Of a stretch of 64,000 nucleotides of DNA, positions 12,401 to 20,241 are shown piece by piece (positions within the stretch are counted from its first letter, which is position 1; every line of letters begins with the position of its first letter). A model generated the notes under the pieces. It made no database searches. It was not told the DNA's origin and was given only the letters and a program-made list of their open reading frames with translations. A program made the translations under genes and the position numbers. The DNA is from Candidatus Micrarchaeia archaeon (GTDB taxonomy: Archaea; Micrarchaeota; Micrarchaeia; Norongarragalinales; Norongarragalinaceae), in assembly GCA_041648335.1 (NCBI GenBank), contig JBAZPG010000004.1:13793-77792 (forward strand), given 5' to 3'.

Positions 12401-12457
12401 CCCGTTGAAGAAGTACCAGTTGAACCCGCGCCGGAAACGCCGCCTGTCGCAAGCTAA
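6422..12457 (+). CDS. giant surface protein (2011 aa) with CarbopepD_reg-like repeats and a Cys-rich EGF-like region
   Basis: N-terminal cytoplasmic stretch then a single TM (signal anchor). The first ~900 aa contain many beta-sandwich repeats. Residues ~1120-1230 hold a cluster of more than 25 Cys (CSSADCGACTETQC...). The C-terminal part has Thr/Gly-rich stretches. Confidence 0.7.
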   Translation: MGLLEGARERLSGFLGALNERYYSLMDSLQERGIKVYDWFVNPLEERGIPSLPVLLVLLLAFVAGAFLAFNPLQSTVALEVSVYSQNEPLAGVPVIVSVAGNAATAFTGADGIARFGALPQGADALITIKETGYGNYEKRLELAPTDGGAVELRANLEAIAKPAITVLVTDSSGTPLAGATLSYSSPATGEPVEKQTDASGSVRLEYSQSNEIYSLYVTRDGFVQGRVTCFASGTECVIELEAEADAGGEQGGALEPIGTVVVRVKNAAGEKTEATVALHDANSPAVLASSRTSQGVAVFRGIAAGTSVYVSVQAEGYLNYNGGTAGDEQTVSSAGDTLFSVILATAGSAGAKQTRFTITDAEGAPVQGAYVKLYSLNEPLALLEFQSTDAAGDAIFELDADALAYASIYADGFLPRVEQLVEPGAFKTFALEPLAPGNNAPAKITVLDADNGPVPQARVFILAGDGFVLALPYAQTLEDGSVTIDGLPLEGLRAQASKGASHGESDEFQPASGELAEATVTFAPLYGRVLAIASDASQPGTGVNALVRAFIEGEEVASCQSNATQCELDVRANKPVTLKFTATNYAETITPAFSVAPEETVSKAAQLVPLALANQLFIVSFELIDPANGQPVPEGAPLERGKQYDAVLYANLPQGADASGFRLSLEGPQEILFYSAPEDAEASSGSNTREASCDYWTQDGAVRWVNLEFTEGFGVRALSARILVSPQATKTDELAFEYRAYATDGGLWYRNPFDESRNYSAGETPCVAPFTRVERAVTEGSTTCNEYACLSLVFDNGVETRGNALPVEIGAAFSTFVEARFYGDYTYPYLSVAADETEILFTSESFHNESSEPNAAEFTRELVLDGLNSDGGEISALALVASRNAEISFELGYQDGVLLSTTRRISITGEGELVAAVTPQELEANQDNELTVTVYSGTGSPVEDALVELLDGEGAPLAGEEYYLAGDGSRGSGENGEYSFEVHPSSPGTLLVSVEREGYASAEQEIAVVATDFLSFEPDAASLSVDCDPLELTVFNELAVAAPVEASFADNACVVLSGPLVTNNGNHSYSFTVPASGSTTLFAEPIVNQDCYLALNSVLEGTGSAYSGTAYFQVDCSALDPVEEEAIEDDCSSADCGACTETQCIDLEGYCQPAYLTLPGGNRSFNGCVDAEPTPEASCSAANCSLCDQQECLALQNQGACLAEYAAGVYARCSTLEAYDCSPGNFDFSNILARRLAQYHADALLNPAMGKRVIAASASNQVLITNYGYSIGATGPGCDKKDNSIVCDKPVNAMFPINGMTFSVQTTLGQQISVLAGLADEEDEDNSCFEVKKVNGDSAFGIDDLAETVRGTLGAIMLTPEAPYATYLVTFKGTDPECVDYSWENGLRMTPKSNKDTFTIELEPTVYGGGQLGRVTLTLNMITEDDSEYEDFADDAAKYALFAVPASGTIYSRGATVEPVFITANAFDTDIMITHGGSTTELGEAGIAFVQAKLGDAFELDVNGVNGTGFAFAPASTTDTGNTIAAGDIVGSVSANALTVFTSVPSTEEATADVPALPSTSGTIINGGTFDNSDSETSTASNDGVTAEGLACSGTEWCTPEQAASAAEAAQADLQELYVEFYESLDRVDSSGLVQGSEEVFNQALNDAIGDYAARSAVYQACKAAGTDPLAGLQEDCTANYFGPGLNANPSGFQTSEYPQLSAPVPASWQAPQGFGSVYGNAFTQTACNSELMNYGMGSTQAMGSNFWNSFTGTLTGQLTPYSGEVATGQPILSFDEAVVVIPMKVAGVGIVPFVFSFDAVEAGLAEGDVTGQDEDRQLVHIIDTIDTTGSVRAASLVTFIHKPDVFSVLDGGSPESNVFAIPYINNAQTVVFAATPNLFTMNKYPMTIAPECAFASLNYWTGIQSTSDATQSGVFDVAEQTVETLAVTCNGVVNTLTINALTNKVTVGSGANALFECLLDESKTLAGTVSGDETSLTCDGCTCTLIEEATEPVEEVPVEPAPETPPVAS

Positions 12458-12460
12458 TCT

Positions 12461-12475
12461 TTTTTTATTTTTTCG
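12461..12475. terminator. oligo-T tract (CTTTTTTTATTTTTT) between convergent genes; archaeal intrinsic-terminator-like
   Basis: 15-nt T-rich run immediately after the stop at 12457 and before the RtcB stop at 12487. Confidence 0.45.
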
Positions 12476-12486
12476 CGCCGCGCCGC

Positions 12487-15315
12487 CTAACCCTTGATTA
12501 CGCCCATGGGCACGAGCCTCGCAACGATTCCGCAGAGTCCCGCGCGCTCCACCGCACCCACCACGTCGTCAACTTTCTTGTAGGCGCCGCCCGCCTCCTC
12601 GGCGAGCACGCCCGTTTCCACCGCACGCACGACAACACCGCGCGCCTCCATGCCCCGCTGTATTTCGATGCCGCTGTAATCGCGTAACGCCTGCGAACGG
12701 CTCTTCACGCGCCCGCTCCCGTGGCAAGTCGAACCCCAAGACTCCGCCGCGCCCGGTAAACCCTTTAGCACGTATGAAGCCGTTTCCATGCTCCCCGGAA
12801 TAATCACCGGCTGCCCTACCGCGCGGTAAGCCGCGGGAACCTCGGGGCGTCCCGCCCAGAACGCGCGCGTCGCACCCTTCCGGTGAACGCACAATTTTTT
12901 GCCGTTGTGTTCCTCGATTTTCGCGATGTTGTGGCACACGTCGTAAACGAGCGACAAGTCCATTGATTCCCAATCGCGCTTGAATACCTTCGCGAACGCC
13001 TCGCGCGTCCAGTGCGTCATCGCCTGGCGGTTCGCGAACGCGTAGTTCACCCCGCACGCCATCGCGCCGAGATAGTCGGACGCCTCCGGCGACGAGAGCG
13101 GCGCACAACACAACTCCTTGTCCGCGAGCTTGATTCCGTATTTTTCGCTCGCGCCCAGCATCACGCGGATGTAATCGTCACACACTTGATGTCCGAAACC
13201 GCGGGAGCCCGAGTGAATCGCAACGCACACCTGTCCCTCGCGCAAGCCGAACGCCTTCGCGGCTTCAACGTCGAACACTTTCTCAACGCGCTGGATTTCG
13301 AGGAAGTGGTTCCCGCTCCCGAGCGTGCCGAGCTGGGGGCGGCCGCGCTTGCGCGCCATCGCGCTCACCTTGGAGTAATCCGCGCCCCCCATTGCCCCGC
13401 CTTCCTCGCAGTGCTCCGCGTCCGCGGCTACGCCGTAGCCCTCGTCAAGCGCCCACTTCACGCCGCGTGTGACCGCCTCGCCGAGTTCGTCGTCGTCCTT
13501 GAGGCGGATGCGCCCCTTCGAGCCAACGCCCGACGGTATTCCCTCGAATAATGCGTCCACGAGTTCGCGGGCGCGCTGCTTCACCTCGCTTGCCTCGAGG
13601 TTGGTGCGCAGGAGGCGGATTCCGCAGTTGGACACTATCAATCCGTTGGCTACGAAGTTGTGGTTGTCTTCCACGGTGAAGTCGTAAACTTTTTCGATTC
13701 CTGCGGGTTCGATGGCTTCTATTTCATCCAGTATGCCGCCGTGTACTTTGATTTCCTTTGTTTTTTCTGTTGTGAACGCTTCAAAGGACGCGAAGCCGAG
13801 GTCCAGCCTCGTTCCAGTTTTCTCGTAAACGCTGCGTTGAACGAATCGCTTGTTGTAACCCAACTCGCGGGCTATTTCGTTAATCGTCAAGCCCTTTTCC
13901 TTGAGCTCCCTTGCTTTTTCGCGCGCCTGCTTTCTTTCAGTAGTGTGCCCGCGTTTCAACGCGATGTAGGCGCAGGCGATTTCCGCGGCGTTGGAGCGCT
14001 TCTCGTTGTATTCGAAGCCGATTTTCCTCCAAAGTTTTTCCAGGTTTTTTTCTTCGGCGGAGATTTCGAGCCGTAAGCGCACGGTTTCGCCTTTTTGGTT
14101 TGGTTGTTCGCTTCGTTCGGCGATTTTCGTGGTTTCAACCTCGAAATCTTCCTTCAACAGCCGCATTATTTGTATCAGGAACGCCCGACCAGATTGCTTG
14201 GCTACCGTGTTCTTGTTTTGTGCGAGTATGGGCGCGTTGAATCCGGTTTTGCAATGCGTTTTCGGCGTGGTTAGCTCGGCGCCGAAAAACCCAGCCAAGA
14301 ACAGGCGTTTCACCCATTTGGGTGCGTTCAACACCCAGTTCGGGACGCCATATTCCGCGATGGTTTTCCTTCCCAAAGGTAAACCGAGTTCCACGAGTTT
14401 CTCGCAGAACCCGCGGGAGTAAATGTGGAGTTCGCCGCAATTGGAAACGAATGTCTTGTCCCCGTATTGCGTCCTGATTTTGCCGACGCGCGTGCGCTCG
14501 AAAACGCTGCTCTTCACGCCGATTGACGCCAAGTCGCATTGCATTCTTTCCAAGTCGTTCTTGTTTCCGAACGCCTCCACACGGATTTTTCCACCTGTTT
14601 TAGAAGCACTGCCGTCGCCAAGCAGATAGCCGATAACCTTCGCGAGGACTCCCGTCGCCTCCTCCGAGAAGCCCTCGAGGTTGAACGGTTCATCGTATTC
14701 CACTCCTTCAAAGTACCTAACCGCAACCCGTTCTCCCTTGGTTAAATCGGCGAGCGGAGTCATCCCGCATTCTGTCAGGAACGGATGGTCTGCGCTGGCT
14801 TTAACCGAGAAACCCGAGTGCGTCTTTAACCCGTAAACCGCCGCGCTCTTGTGCATGAACGCGATTATTTGTTTGGGTTCGAAGCTTTTGTGCGCGTTTA
14901 GCGTTTGAAGCGAGCCACCTAACAGCATCGTCCTACCCGCATCCTCGCATTCAACGGGTTCGAACGAGGCTATTTTTTTCCAGTAACCTAGGTTCGACTC
15001 TATCCTAGCGTCACCCGAAAGGCAATTTATGTCATACCCCACTCCGCCAGGCGACACTATGCCCTCGTCGAAGTTGAAGGCAGCCACGCCGCCGATGGGG
15101 AAACCGTTTAAGGCCGTTGAAAACTTTTTTCAACAGTATCCTTCGTGCCCATCAGGCATGACCATGGCTTTGCCTTCCAAGCCGGGAAGCGAGGCGACGT
15201 TGTTTATTTGGCTTAACGTCCTATCCCGCTGCATTTGCGCGAACATCTCGTCGCTCGCGTAAACACGCACCCTGCCTTCTTCGAAGACGCAGTCCCGCGT
15301 TTTCTTGAAATCCAT
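12487..15315 (-). CDS. rtcB: RNA-splicing ligase RtcB, interrupted by a LAGLIDADG intein and by an in-frame 30-nt insertion carrying a TGA
   Basis: The N-terminal 61 aa (ORF 15130..15315, ATG at 15315) match the RtcB N-terminus (..DRTLSQINNVASLPG..MPDGHEGY). The downstream ORF continues in frame with GFPIGGVAAFNFDEGIVSPGGVGYDIN, followed by the intein and a 379-aa C-extein (CGIRLLRTN...GSGNHFLE...HRKGATRA...CHGSGR...VIKG) that aligns along its whole length with Pyrococcus RtcB. Confidence 0.85.
13627..15024 (-). mobile_element. intein (466 aa) with a LAGLIDADG homing-endonuclease domain, inserted at the Cys of the RtcB DINCG motif
   Basis: Begins CLSGDARI (block A), contains LAGLIDADG motifs IGYLLGDGS and FLAGFFGAEL, and ends ..GLIVSN followed by the +1 Cys of CGIRLL. 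Removing it restores GYDIN-CGIRLLRTN. Confidence 0.8.
15106..15135 (-). other. 30-nt in-frame insertion in rtcB (mRNA sense UGUUGAAAAAAGUUUUCAACGGCCUUAAAC) containing a UGA codon and an 8-bp/3-nt-loop hairpin
   Basis: It separates ..MPDGHEGY from GFPIGGVAAF.., which are contiguous in canonical RtcB. The sequence GUUGAAAA-AAG-UUUUCAAC is a perfect hairpin, and a 2-nt AC repeat at both junctions leaves the exact boundary ambiguous by 2 nt. Confidence 0.7.
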
Positions 15316-15406
15316 TTAGTGCCTCCTATTTTCTAGAATAAGTGTAATTCGCTATCGCGGTTTTTAACTTCTCGTTTTTGTACTGCGTGCATCGTGGCTT
15401 CCAGTG

Positions 15407-16309
15407 CTACTGTTTCCCGCAAGCGGCGACGAAGCGCGGCGCGGGGCGGTTCAAGTCGCACAACAAGATGATTTCGTTGTCCCAGACGAACGGCTGTTCG
15501 AAGACAAGGTGCACGCCCCCTTCAACCGGCTCGGCGTCGCACGGCTGCCCTTGGAAGCCGTTGAACGCGTGCAGGCGCTTCGGGAGTTCGCCGCGGCAGA
15601 ACTTCGATTTCTTGAGCGAGAATGTGCCTTCGAGTATTCCCGCCTGGTGCGCGGGCGAGAGCACGCTCCCCCGCGTTATCGCTTCTACCGTCGCGCCCTT
15701 GAAGCACAAGCCCACGCGCGCCCCCGCGCCAGCCTCGGAGACGTCGACGTCCTGCACCTGGATGCTGCGCACGTCTATCTTTTCCTTGCCCGGGTTCACG
15801 AAGAGCGAGTCGTGTATGCGCACCATGCCCCGGGCGACGAAGCCCAACGCAATCGAACCCACGCCCTTTACGTTGAATGAGGAATCGGCGAGGACTTTGG
15901 TTTCGCCGTCGTTCTTTGCGGTTGGCAGGGCGCGCACCCACTCCCCCGCCTCTTCCACGGTTTTGACTGCGTATCCTTCCACTGCCGTGCCTTTGGCGTA
16001 CGCGCTCAAGCCGTAGTCGCCCGCGAAGCACCCGCTCTTCTTTTCGAGTAAGTCGAGCGCGACGAGCGCTTCCCCGAACGCCGCGTCTCCCGCGTCGTGA
16101 GCGATTACGATGTGGTCCGCGAGTGCGAGGCAGTAGGCGAGCGAGGAGGGTTTCTCGGGCCAACGGAACGGCTCGCACAACGTGATTACCTTGCCGGCGT
16201 AAACCTCGTGCCAGAGGCGGTAGTCGGATTCCCCACCCTTCTTCGCGTTAACCTTGCAGAACTCTTCGGCTTGGTTGCCGAGAACGCAGACCGTGACATT
16301 GTCTTTCAT
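15407..16309 (-). CDS. EF-Tu/SelB-like protein with a degenerate GTPase domain (beta-barrel domain 2 retained)
   Basis: 300 aa. The central GVGSIALGFVARGMVRIHDSLFVNPG..VRSIQVQDVDVSEAGAGARVGLCFKG resembles EF-Tu domain 2. The N-terminus has VCVLGNQAEEF where a G1/P-loop would be, with no GHVDHGKT. Confidence 0.4.
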   Translation of the reverse strand: MKDNVTVCVLGNQAEEFCKVNAKKGGESDYRLWHEVYAGKVITLCEPFRWPEKPSSLAYCLALADHIVIAHDAGDAAFGEALVALDLLEKKSGCFAGDYGLSAYAKGTAVEGYAVKTVEEAGEWVRALPTAKNDGETKVLADSSFNVKGVGSIALGFVARGMVRIHDSLFVNPGKEKIDVRSIQVQDVDVSEAGAGARVGLCFKGATVEAITRGSVLSPAHQAGILEGTFSLKKSKFCRGELPKRLHAFNGFQGQPCDAEPVEGGVHLVFEQPFVWDNEIILLCDLNRPAPRFVAACGKQ

Positions 16310-16315
16310 AAGCGA

Positions 16316-16834
16316 TTATTTGCGTTGGACGGCGTTATAATCGTTTAGCCGTTGCGCTGCCAACGCGACGCCTCCGCCCGTGAGCGCGGTGGCGAACTGC
16401 ATCCAGGTGAACGCACCCGCGAGCGCGAGCGGCGCCAAGCCAGCCAGGTAGGCGAGCGCGAAGCACGCGGACAACAGCGCGGTCTTCGCGAGCGCGCCCA
16501 AGGCAACGCCTTTCGCGCCGCTAAATGCCTTTATCACCCAGGCGTAAGCCGCGTTGCCCGCCCAGATTGCGGGAATGAAGAACGCGAGGAAGGGCGTGAA
16601 CGAACCGAACAGCACGCCATAGGCGAGCGCGCCCAGCGAGGGCAGGAGCACGAACGGCGCGGCTGCGAGCCAACCCCGCTTGACTATTGCGAACGCTATC
16701 AAGGCGTTCACTGCGGTTCCGGTGGCGAACTGGTTCAATCCCAGGAACGGAACGAAGAACGCGGCGAATGCCCCGACGAATACCAGCGCGTTTTCGCGTG
16801 CGAAACTGTTTTTTCCAGCTACGGCAAAAGTCAT
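16316..16834 (-). CDS. integral membrane protein (possible ECF-type substrate-binding/BioY-like), hypothetical
   Basis: 172 aa with 5-6 TM segments. Confidence 0.35.
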   Translation of the reverse strand: MTFAVAGKNSFARENALVFVGAFAAFFVPFLGLNQFATGTAVNALIAFAIVKRGWLAAAPFVLLPSLGALAYGVLFGSFTPFLAFFIPAIWAGNAAYAWVIKAFSGAKGVALGALAKTALLSACFALAYLAGLAPLALAGAFTWMQFATALTGGGVALAAQRLNDYNAVQRK

Positions 16835-17643
16835 CAGTAACTTCCCTCCAATAATGCGCCTAATGCTATGAGTGCGACCGAGGCGAGCGCGAGGGTGGCT
16901 GTGTCCACGAGTACTTGGCGCATTCCGCCTGGGCAGTGCCTGGATTTAGTTAAGCCCGCGCTCAAAATGCCTCCGGCGATGCTCGCCACGAAGTAACCCG
17001 CGATTTCAAGCGAGCCGTGCGGCAGCAAACCCAGGAACCCGTACACGAAACCCATCACGCCGCCTGCCTTGACGGCTTCTCCGAGCACGACGCCGAGGAT
17101 GGCAGCGTTCCACACGAGGAGGTAGACACTACCGATTCCGTAGAGCAGGCAGAACGCGAGCATCAACGCCAGTACGCCTAGGTTGTGCGAGAAAAGGAAC
17201 CACGCGCGTTGAACATTAAAGGACCAGCCGGTGGTAAGTCCTTGGATTGCGCTCACTTCCTCGAGTTGCGGGGCGAAAACGCGCGCCCCCGCGTCCGCGG
17301 GGAGCAGGGCGTACCACGCGGTGAAGGCGAGCACTGCTCCGAGGAAGAAGAACGCGTAAATCTTGACGAGGCGCGAGTGCCTCGAGAGAAGCGCGCCCTC
17401 CTTCTTTACCGCGTCCACGAGCGACGAGGCGCGCACGCATTCGTCCTTCTCCTCTTCGCGCGCGAGGAGGCTCCAGAACAAAGGCACTGCGGGGAGCACG
17501 GCGAATACGAGCGCGGAGCCGCCCATCGACGGGAGGAAATATTCCACGAGGATGCCGAACGATACGAATAACGCTCCAAGCACGAGCATGGCGTGCGGTT
17601 TGCCGGCGGCCTTGTTCGGGGTAATCAGGTGGTCGAGAACCAT
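16834..17643 (-). CDS. SpoIIM-like (DUF95) membrane protein
   Basis: 269 aa, multi-TM, with the C-terminal LPHGSLEIAGYFVASIAGG motif typical of DUF95. Confidence 0.6.
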   Translation of the reverse strand: MVLDHLITPNKAAGKPHAMLVLGALFVSFGILVEYFLPSMGGSALVFAVLPAVPLFWSLLAREEEKDECVRASSLVDAVKKEGALLSRHSRLVKIYAFFFLGAVLAFTAWYALLPADAGARVFAPQLEEVSAIQGLTTGWSFNVQRAWFLFSHNLGVLALMLAFCLLYGIGSVYLLVWNAAILGVVLGEAVKAGGVMGFVYGFLGLLPHGSLEIAGYFVASIAGGILSAGLTKSRHCPGGMRQVLVDTATLALASVALIALGALLEGSY

Positions 17644-17757
17644 TTTTTATCGCTCGCTAAACAGAACGCGTTGCGTTGGTTTAAAACCTTGCCCTGCCTG
17701 CGCGCCGCCCAAACCTTTTAAGCCGCGGGAAAGAAACTTTTTTCGGAGTTACCCGGC

Positions 17758-18465
17758 TTGAACAAAACGCTGTTTTTATTTTTCCTCGTTGTTTCCCTAG
17801 GTTTGGCTTTCGCGGAATCCACGCCTTCGGGTGCCACTCCTTCGTACGGCACGGGCGGGAACGCGACTTGGGGCGGAGCGACGCCCACCGGGGTTGCGGC
17901 AAGCGGCGGCAACGTTTCCAACGTCGGCCTTTCTTCTAACACGCAAACCATGCGTTGGGTCGGCTTTTACGGTGATATTTCGGGCAACGTGGTGTTGAGG
18001 AACGCGGCGGGCGAGCAGTTCTACGCTTGGACGCAGTCCAACGCCTCGGGTTACGTGCTGGCGGCGAAGAACGCGAGCATCCTCTGGGCGACGCTCAAGG
18101 CGACCCCGCTCACGGGCGCGCAAATCGACGCCGCATTCACTTTCCTGGCTGCCAAGACGGACAGCGGCACTGCGACTTACAACACCACGAGTTTCGGGGG
18201 CACGGTCGCGGGCGTTGCGATAACCGCGGGTGTGGCGAGTTCGGGTACGACCATGTTCGGTTCGACCGGGAACACCTGGGTGCAGCAGACCTTGAACACG
18301 AGCACGGTCGGGGTTGACGACAAGTCGTCGGTGTTCATGTCGCGCATCAACAACAACCAGAACTCGTTCAACGGGACCGTGGTTGACTACCAGTTGATGG
18401 TGCCCGAGGACGAGTCCGCCAACACGGCGCCGACCGCGTATTACTTCTACCTCCAGCTTGACTGA
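17758..18465 (+). CDS. secreted glycoprotein-like protein (paralog of 20238..21224)
   Basis: Signal peptide MNKTLFLFFLVVSLGLAFA and many N-x-S/T sequons. Shares a GGNVSN motif and a C-terminal (V/A)DYQLMVP / ADFQLLLPV block with the 20238 gene. Confidence 0.5.
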   Translation: MNKTLFLFFLVVSLGLAFAESTPSGATPSYGTGGNATWGGATPTGVAASGGNVSNVGLSSNTQTMRWVGFYGDISGNVVLRNAAGEQFYAWTQSNASGYVLAAKNASILWATLKATPLTGAQIDAAFTFLAAKTDSGTATYNTTSFGGTVAGVAITAGVASSGTTMFGSTGNTWVQQTLNTSTVGVDDKSSVFMSRINNNQNSFNGTVVDYQLMVPEDESANTAPTAYYFYLQLD

Positions 18466-18546
18466 GGTTTTCCCTCTAGGAGACGGGCATATGGTTTTTA
18501 AAGCCCGTAACCCTTTATTCTTACGGTTTTGGTGGGTGGTTAGCTA

Positions 18547-20241
18547 GTGCGCAAGCTTTATGCGTTACTCGTTTTTGCAGTCCTATCGTCGTGCCTCGCT
18601 TCCGGGCAAGTGCTCGTGAATTCGCGCGACTGGCAGGATGTTTACCAGGGCGTGCTTTACGCCCAATCGTTCGGCGGCGCAACCGTCGAAGAATGCCGCT
18701 TCCTCCTGTCTTCGGACCACGCGGTGCACCAGTTCCTGAACGCCTCCAAGCCCGTGCTCTACATCGAGGGCAACCAGAATTATTACCCCGATTACGCGGG
18801 CGTGCTCTCGGACGCGGGTTTCACGCAAGTCGACGAACTGGCGCTCTCGGGGCTCCCCCTTGCAATGGAGCTCGCCGAGCGCGCGGACTGCTCGAAGTTC
18901 ATAATCGTCGGGGACGCGGCGGGTTACCACGCGGTGAGCGCTGCGCCTTACGCTTCGTTCACCCGGTCGTGCGTGCTCTTCGCGAACGCGGGCAATGCTG
19001 GCGAGATTGCATCGTTCTTGTCTGGACGCGCGGAGTCCACGATGGTTTTCGGTCCGGTTGACTCCGCGGTCGCCGGGGCGCTGGCGCCGTTGAGTCCCGA
19101 GACGGTGAGCACGGGCAGCCGCTACGGGGATAACATCGAAATCGTGTCGCGTTACCGCGCATTGAACCCCGTGGCGCAGGTTTCGTTCTCGAACGGGGAG
19201 TTCCTCGAAGCCAGTTTGTTCAGCGCATTTCCCGTAGTTCTCATCGGCCGCGATTACCCGCCGCAATCCGTGCTGGATTACTTCAACGGCGAGGGCAGCG
19301 GGGTAACCGTGGGCGTCGTGGTAGGGAACGACTTGCTGGGCGCAGCCAAGATAATCAAGGACGAGACGCCCGTTGAGGCGGTTTTCGTGAAATACGCCCA
19401 AGGGTGGGCGAAGCCGGGTTCGTTCTACTCGGAAGTCAGCGGCTTGGATTTGTTCTATTTGCCGGTTTATGATACGGGTTTGGAAGTGTCGCGTGCGGGT
19501 TACAACCTAGAGTCCCGCGAAATACAAGTCACCTTCGTCAACCCCTCCGAGTCGCTGCCGGTTTACTTCGAGTCCGCGACCACCCTGTATGCGGACGGCG
19601 TCGCGGTTGCAACGGTTTCCGACGCGGATGTCCTGCAGCTGGATGCTGGAAAAACGCTCGTCGTAGCCTACCCCGTGGCTGACGATTCGACTATAGTGAC
19701 TGCGGTGCGCGCCGGTTCGGCGTTTTCCGCGGAAGTGTTCGCCCGTTACGGCGGGGACGCCTCCGAGATGACGGATGAACTCAAGGAGACGTATCCCGTG
19801 GAGTTCGGCGAATCCGCCGACTCCTCCCTGCTCTCGCTCGGCGCGGTTTCCTATGACTCGAGTGCGTTCAAGCTTTACGTGGACTTGACTAACGAAGGCG
19901 GCGTTCCAGCGTTCGCGAACGTGCTCGTCACCGCGAAGGTGAACAACGTGGAGAACGCGTTCGAAACCATCGAGCCCGTGGAAGTGCCGGTATCAACCGA
20001 GCCCTACCGCGTTTCATTTGACTTGCGCTTGACCGAGGATGCGGCGCGCACCCTGTGGGGGAGCCCCGCGCTCGTGAGTGTTGATTACGGTGCGTCCCAA
20101 GGGTTGCTGTTGAAGCACCTTGAAGAGGAGCGCGGCGTGCAGGGCACCGCCGGTTTGAACCCGCTCCTCGTCGCCGGCGCGTTCCTGTTGGCCATCATAC
20201 TCGCGGCAGCGTACTGGTTCGGCGCAAAGAAGCGCAAGTGA
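18547..20241 (+). CDS. secreted surface protein with a C-terminal TM anchor ending KKRK
   Basis: N-terminal signal peptide; C-terminal NPLLVAGAFLLAIILAAAYWFGAKKRK. Confidence 0.5.
   Translation: MRKLYALLVFAVLSSCLASGQVLVNSRDWQDVYQGVLYAQSFGGATVEECRFLLSSDHAVHQFLNASKPVLYIEGNQNYYPDYAGVLSDAGFTQVDELALSGLPLAMELAERADCSKFIIVGDAAGYHAVSAAPYASFTRSCVLFANAGNAGEIASFLSGRAESTMVFGPVDSAVAGALAPLSPETVSTGSRYGDNIEIVSRYRALNPVAQVSFSNGEFLEASLFSAFPVVLIGRDYPPQSVLDYFNGEGSGVTVGVVVGNDLLGAAKIIKDETPVEAVFVKYAQGWAKPGSFYSEVSGLDLFYLPVYDTGLEVSRAGYNLESREIQVTFVNPSESLPVYFESATTLYADGVAVATVSDADVLQLDAGKTLVVAYPVADDSTIVTAVRAGSAFSAEVFARYGGDASEMTDELKETYPVEFGESADSSLLSLGAVSYDSSAFKLYVDLTNEGGVPAFANVLVTAKVNNVENAFETIEPVEVPVSTEPYRVSFDLRLTEDAARTLWGSPALVSVDYGASQGLLLKHLEEERGVQGTAGLNPLLVAGAFLLAIILAAAYWFGAKKRK

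Noticed and set aside
15130-15135. Possibility that the in-frame UGA in rtcB encodes selenocysteine or is a recoded sense codon
   Set aside because: RtcB is not a selenoprotein. The UGA lies inside a 10-codon segment absent from all RtcB homologs. Other genes in the window terminate at TGA (e.g. the Dam-like methyltransferase gene), which argues against genome-wide reassignment.
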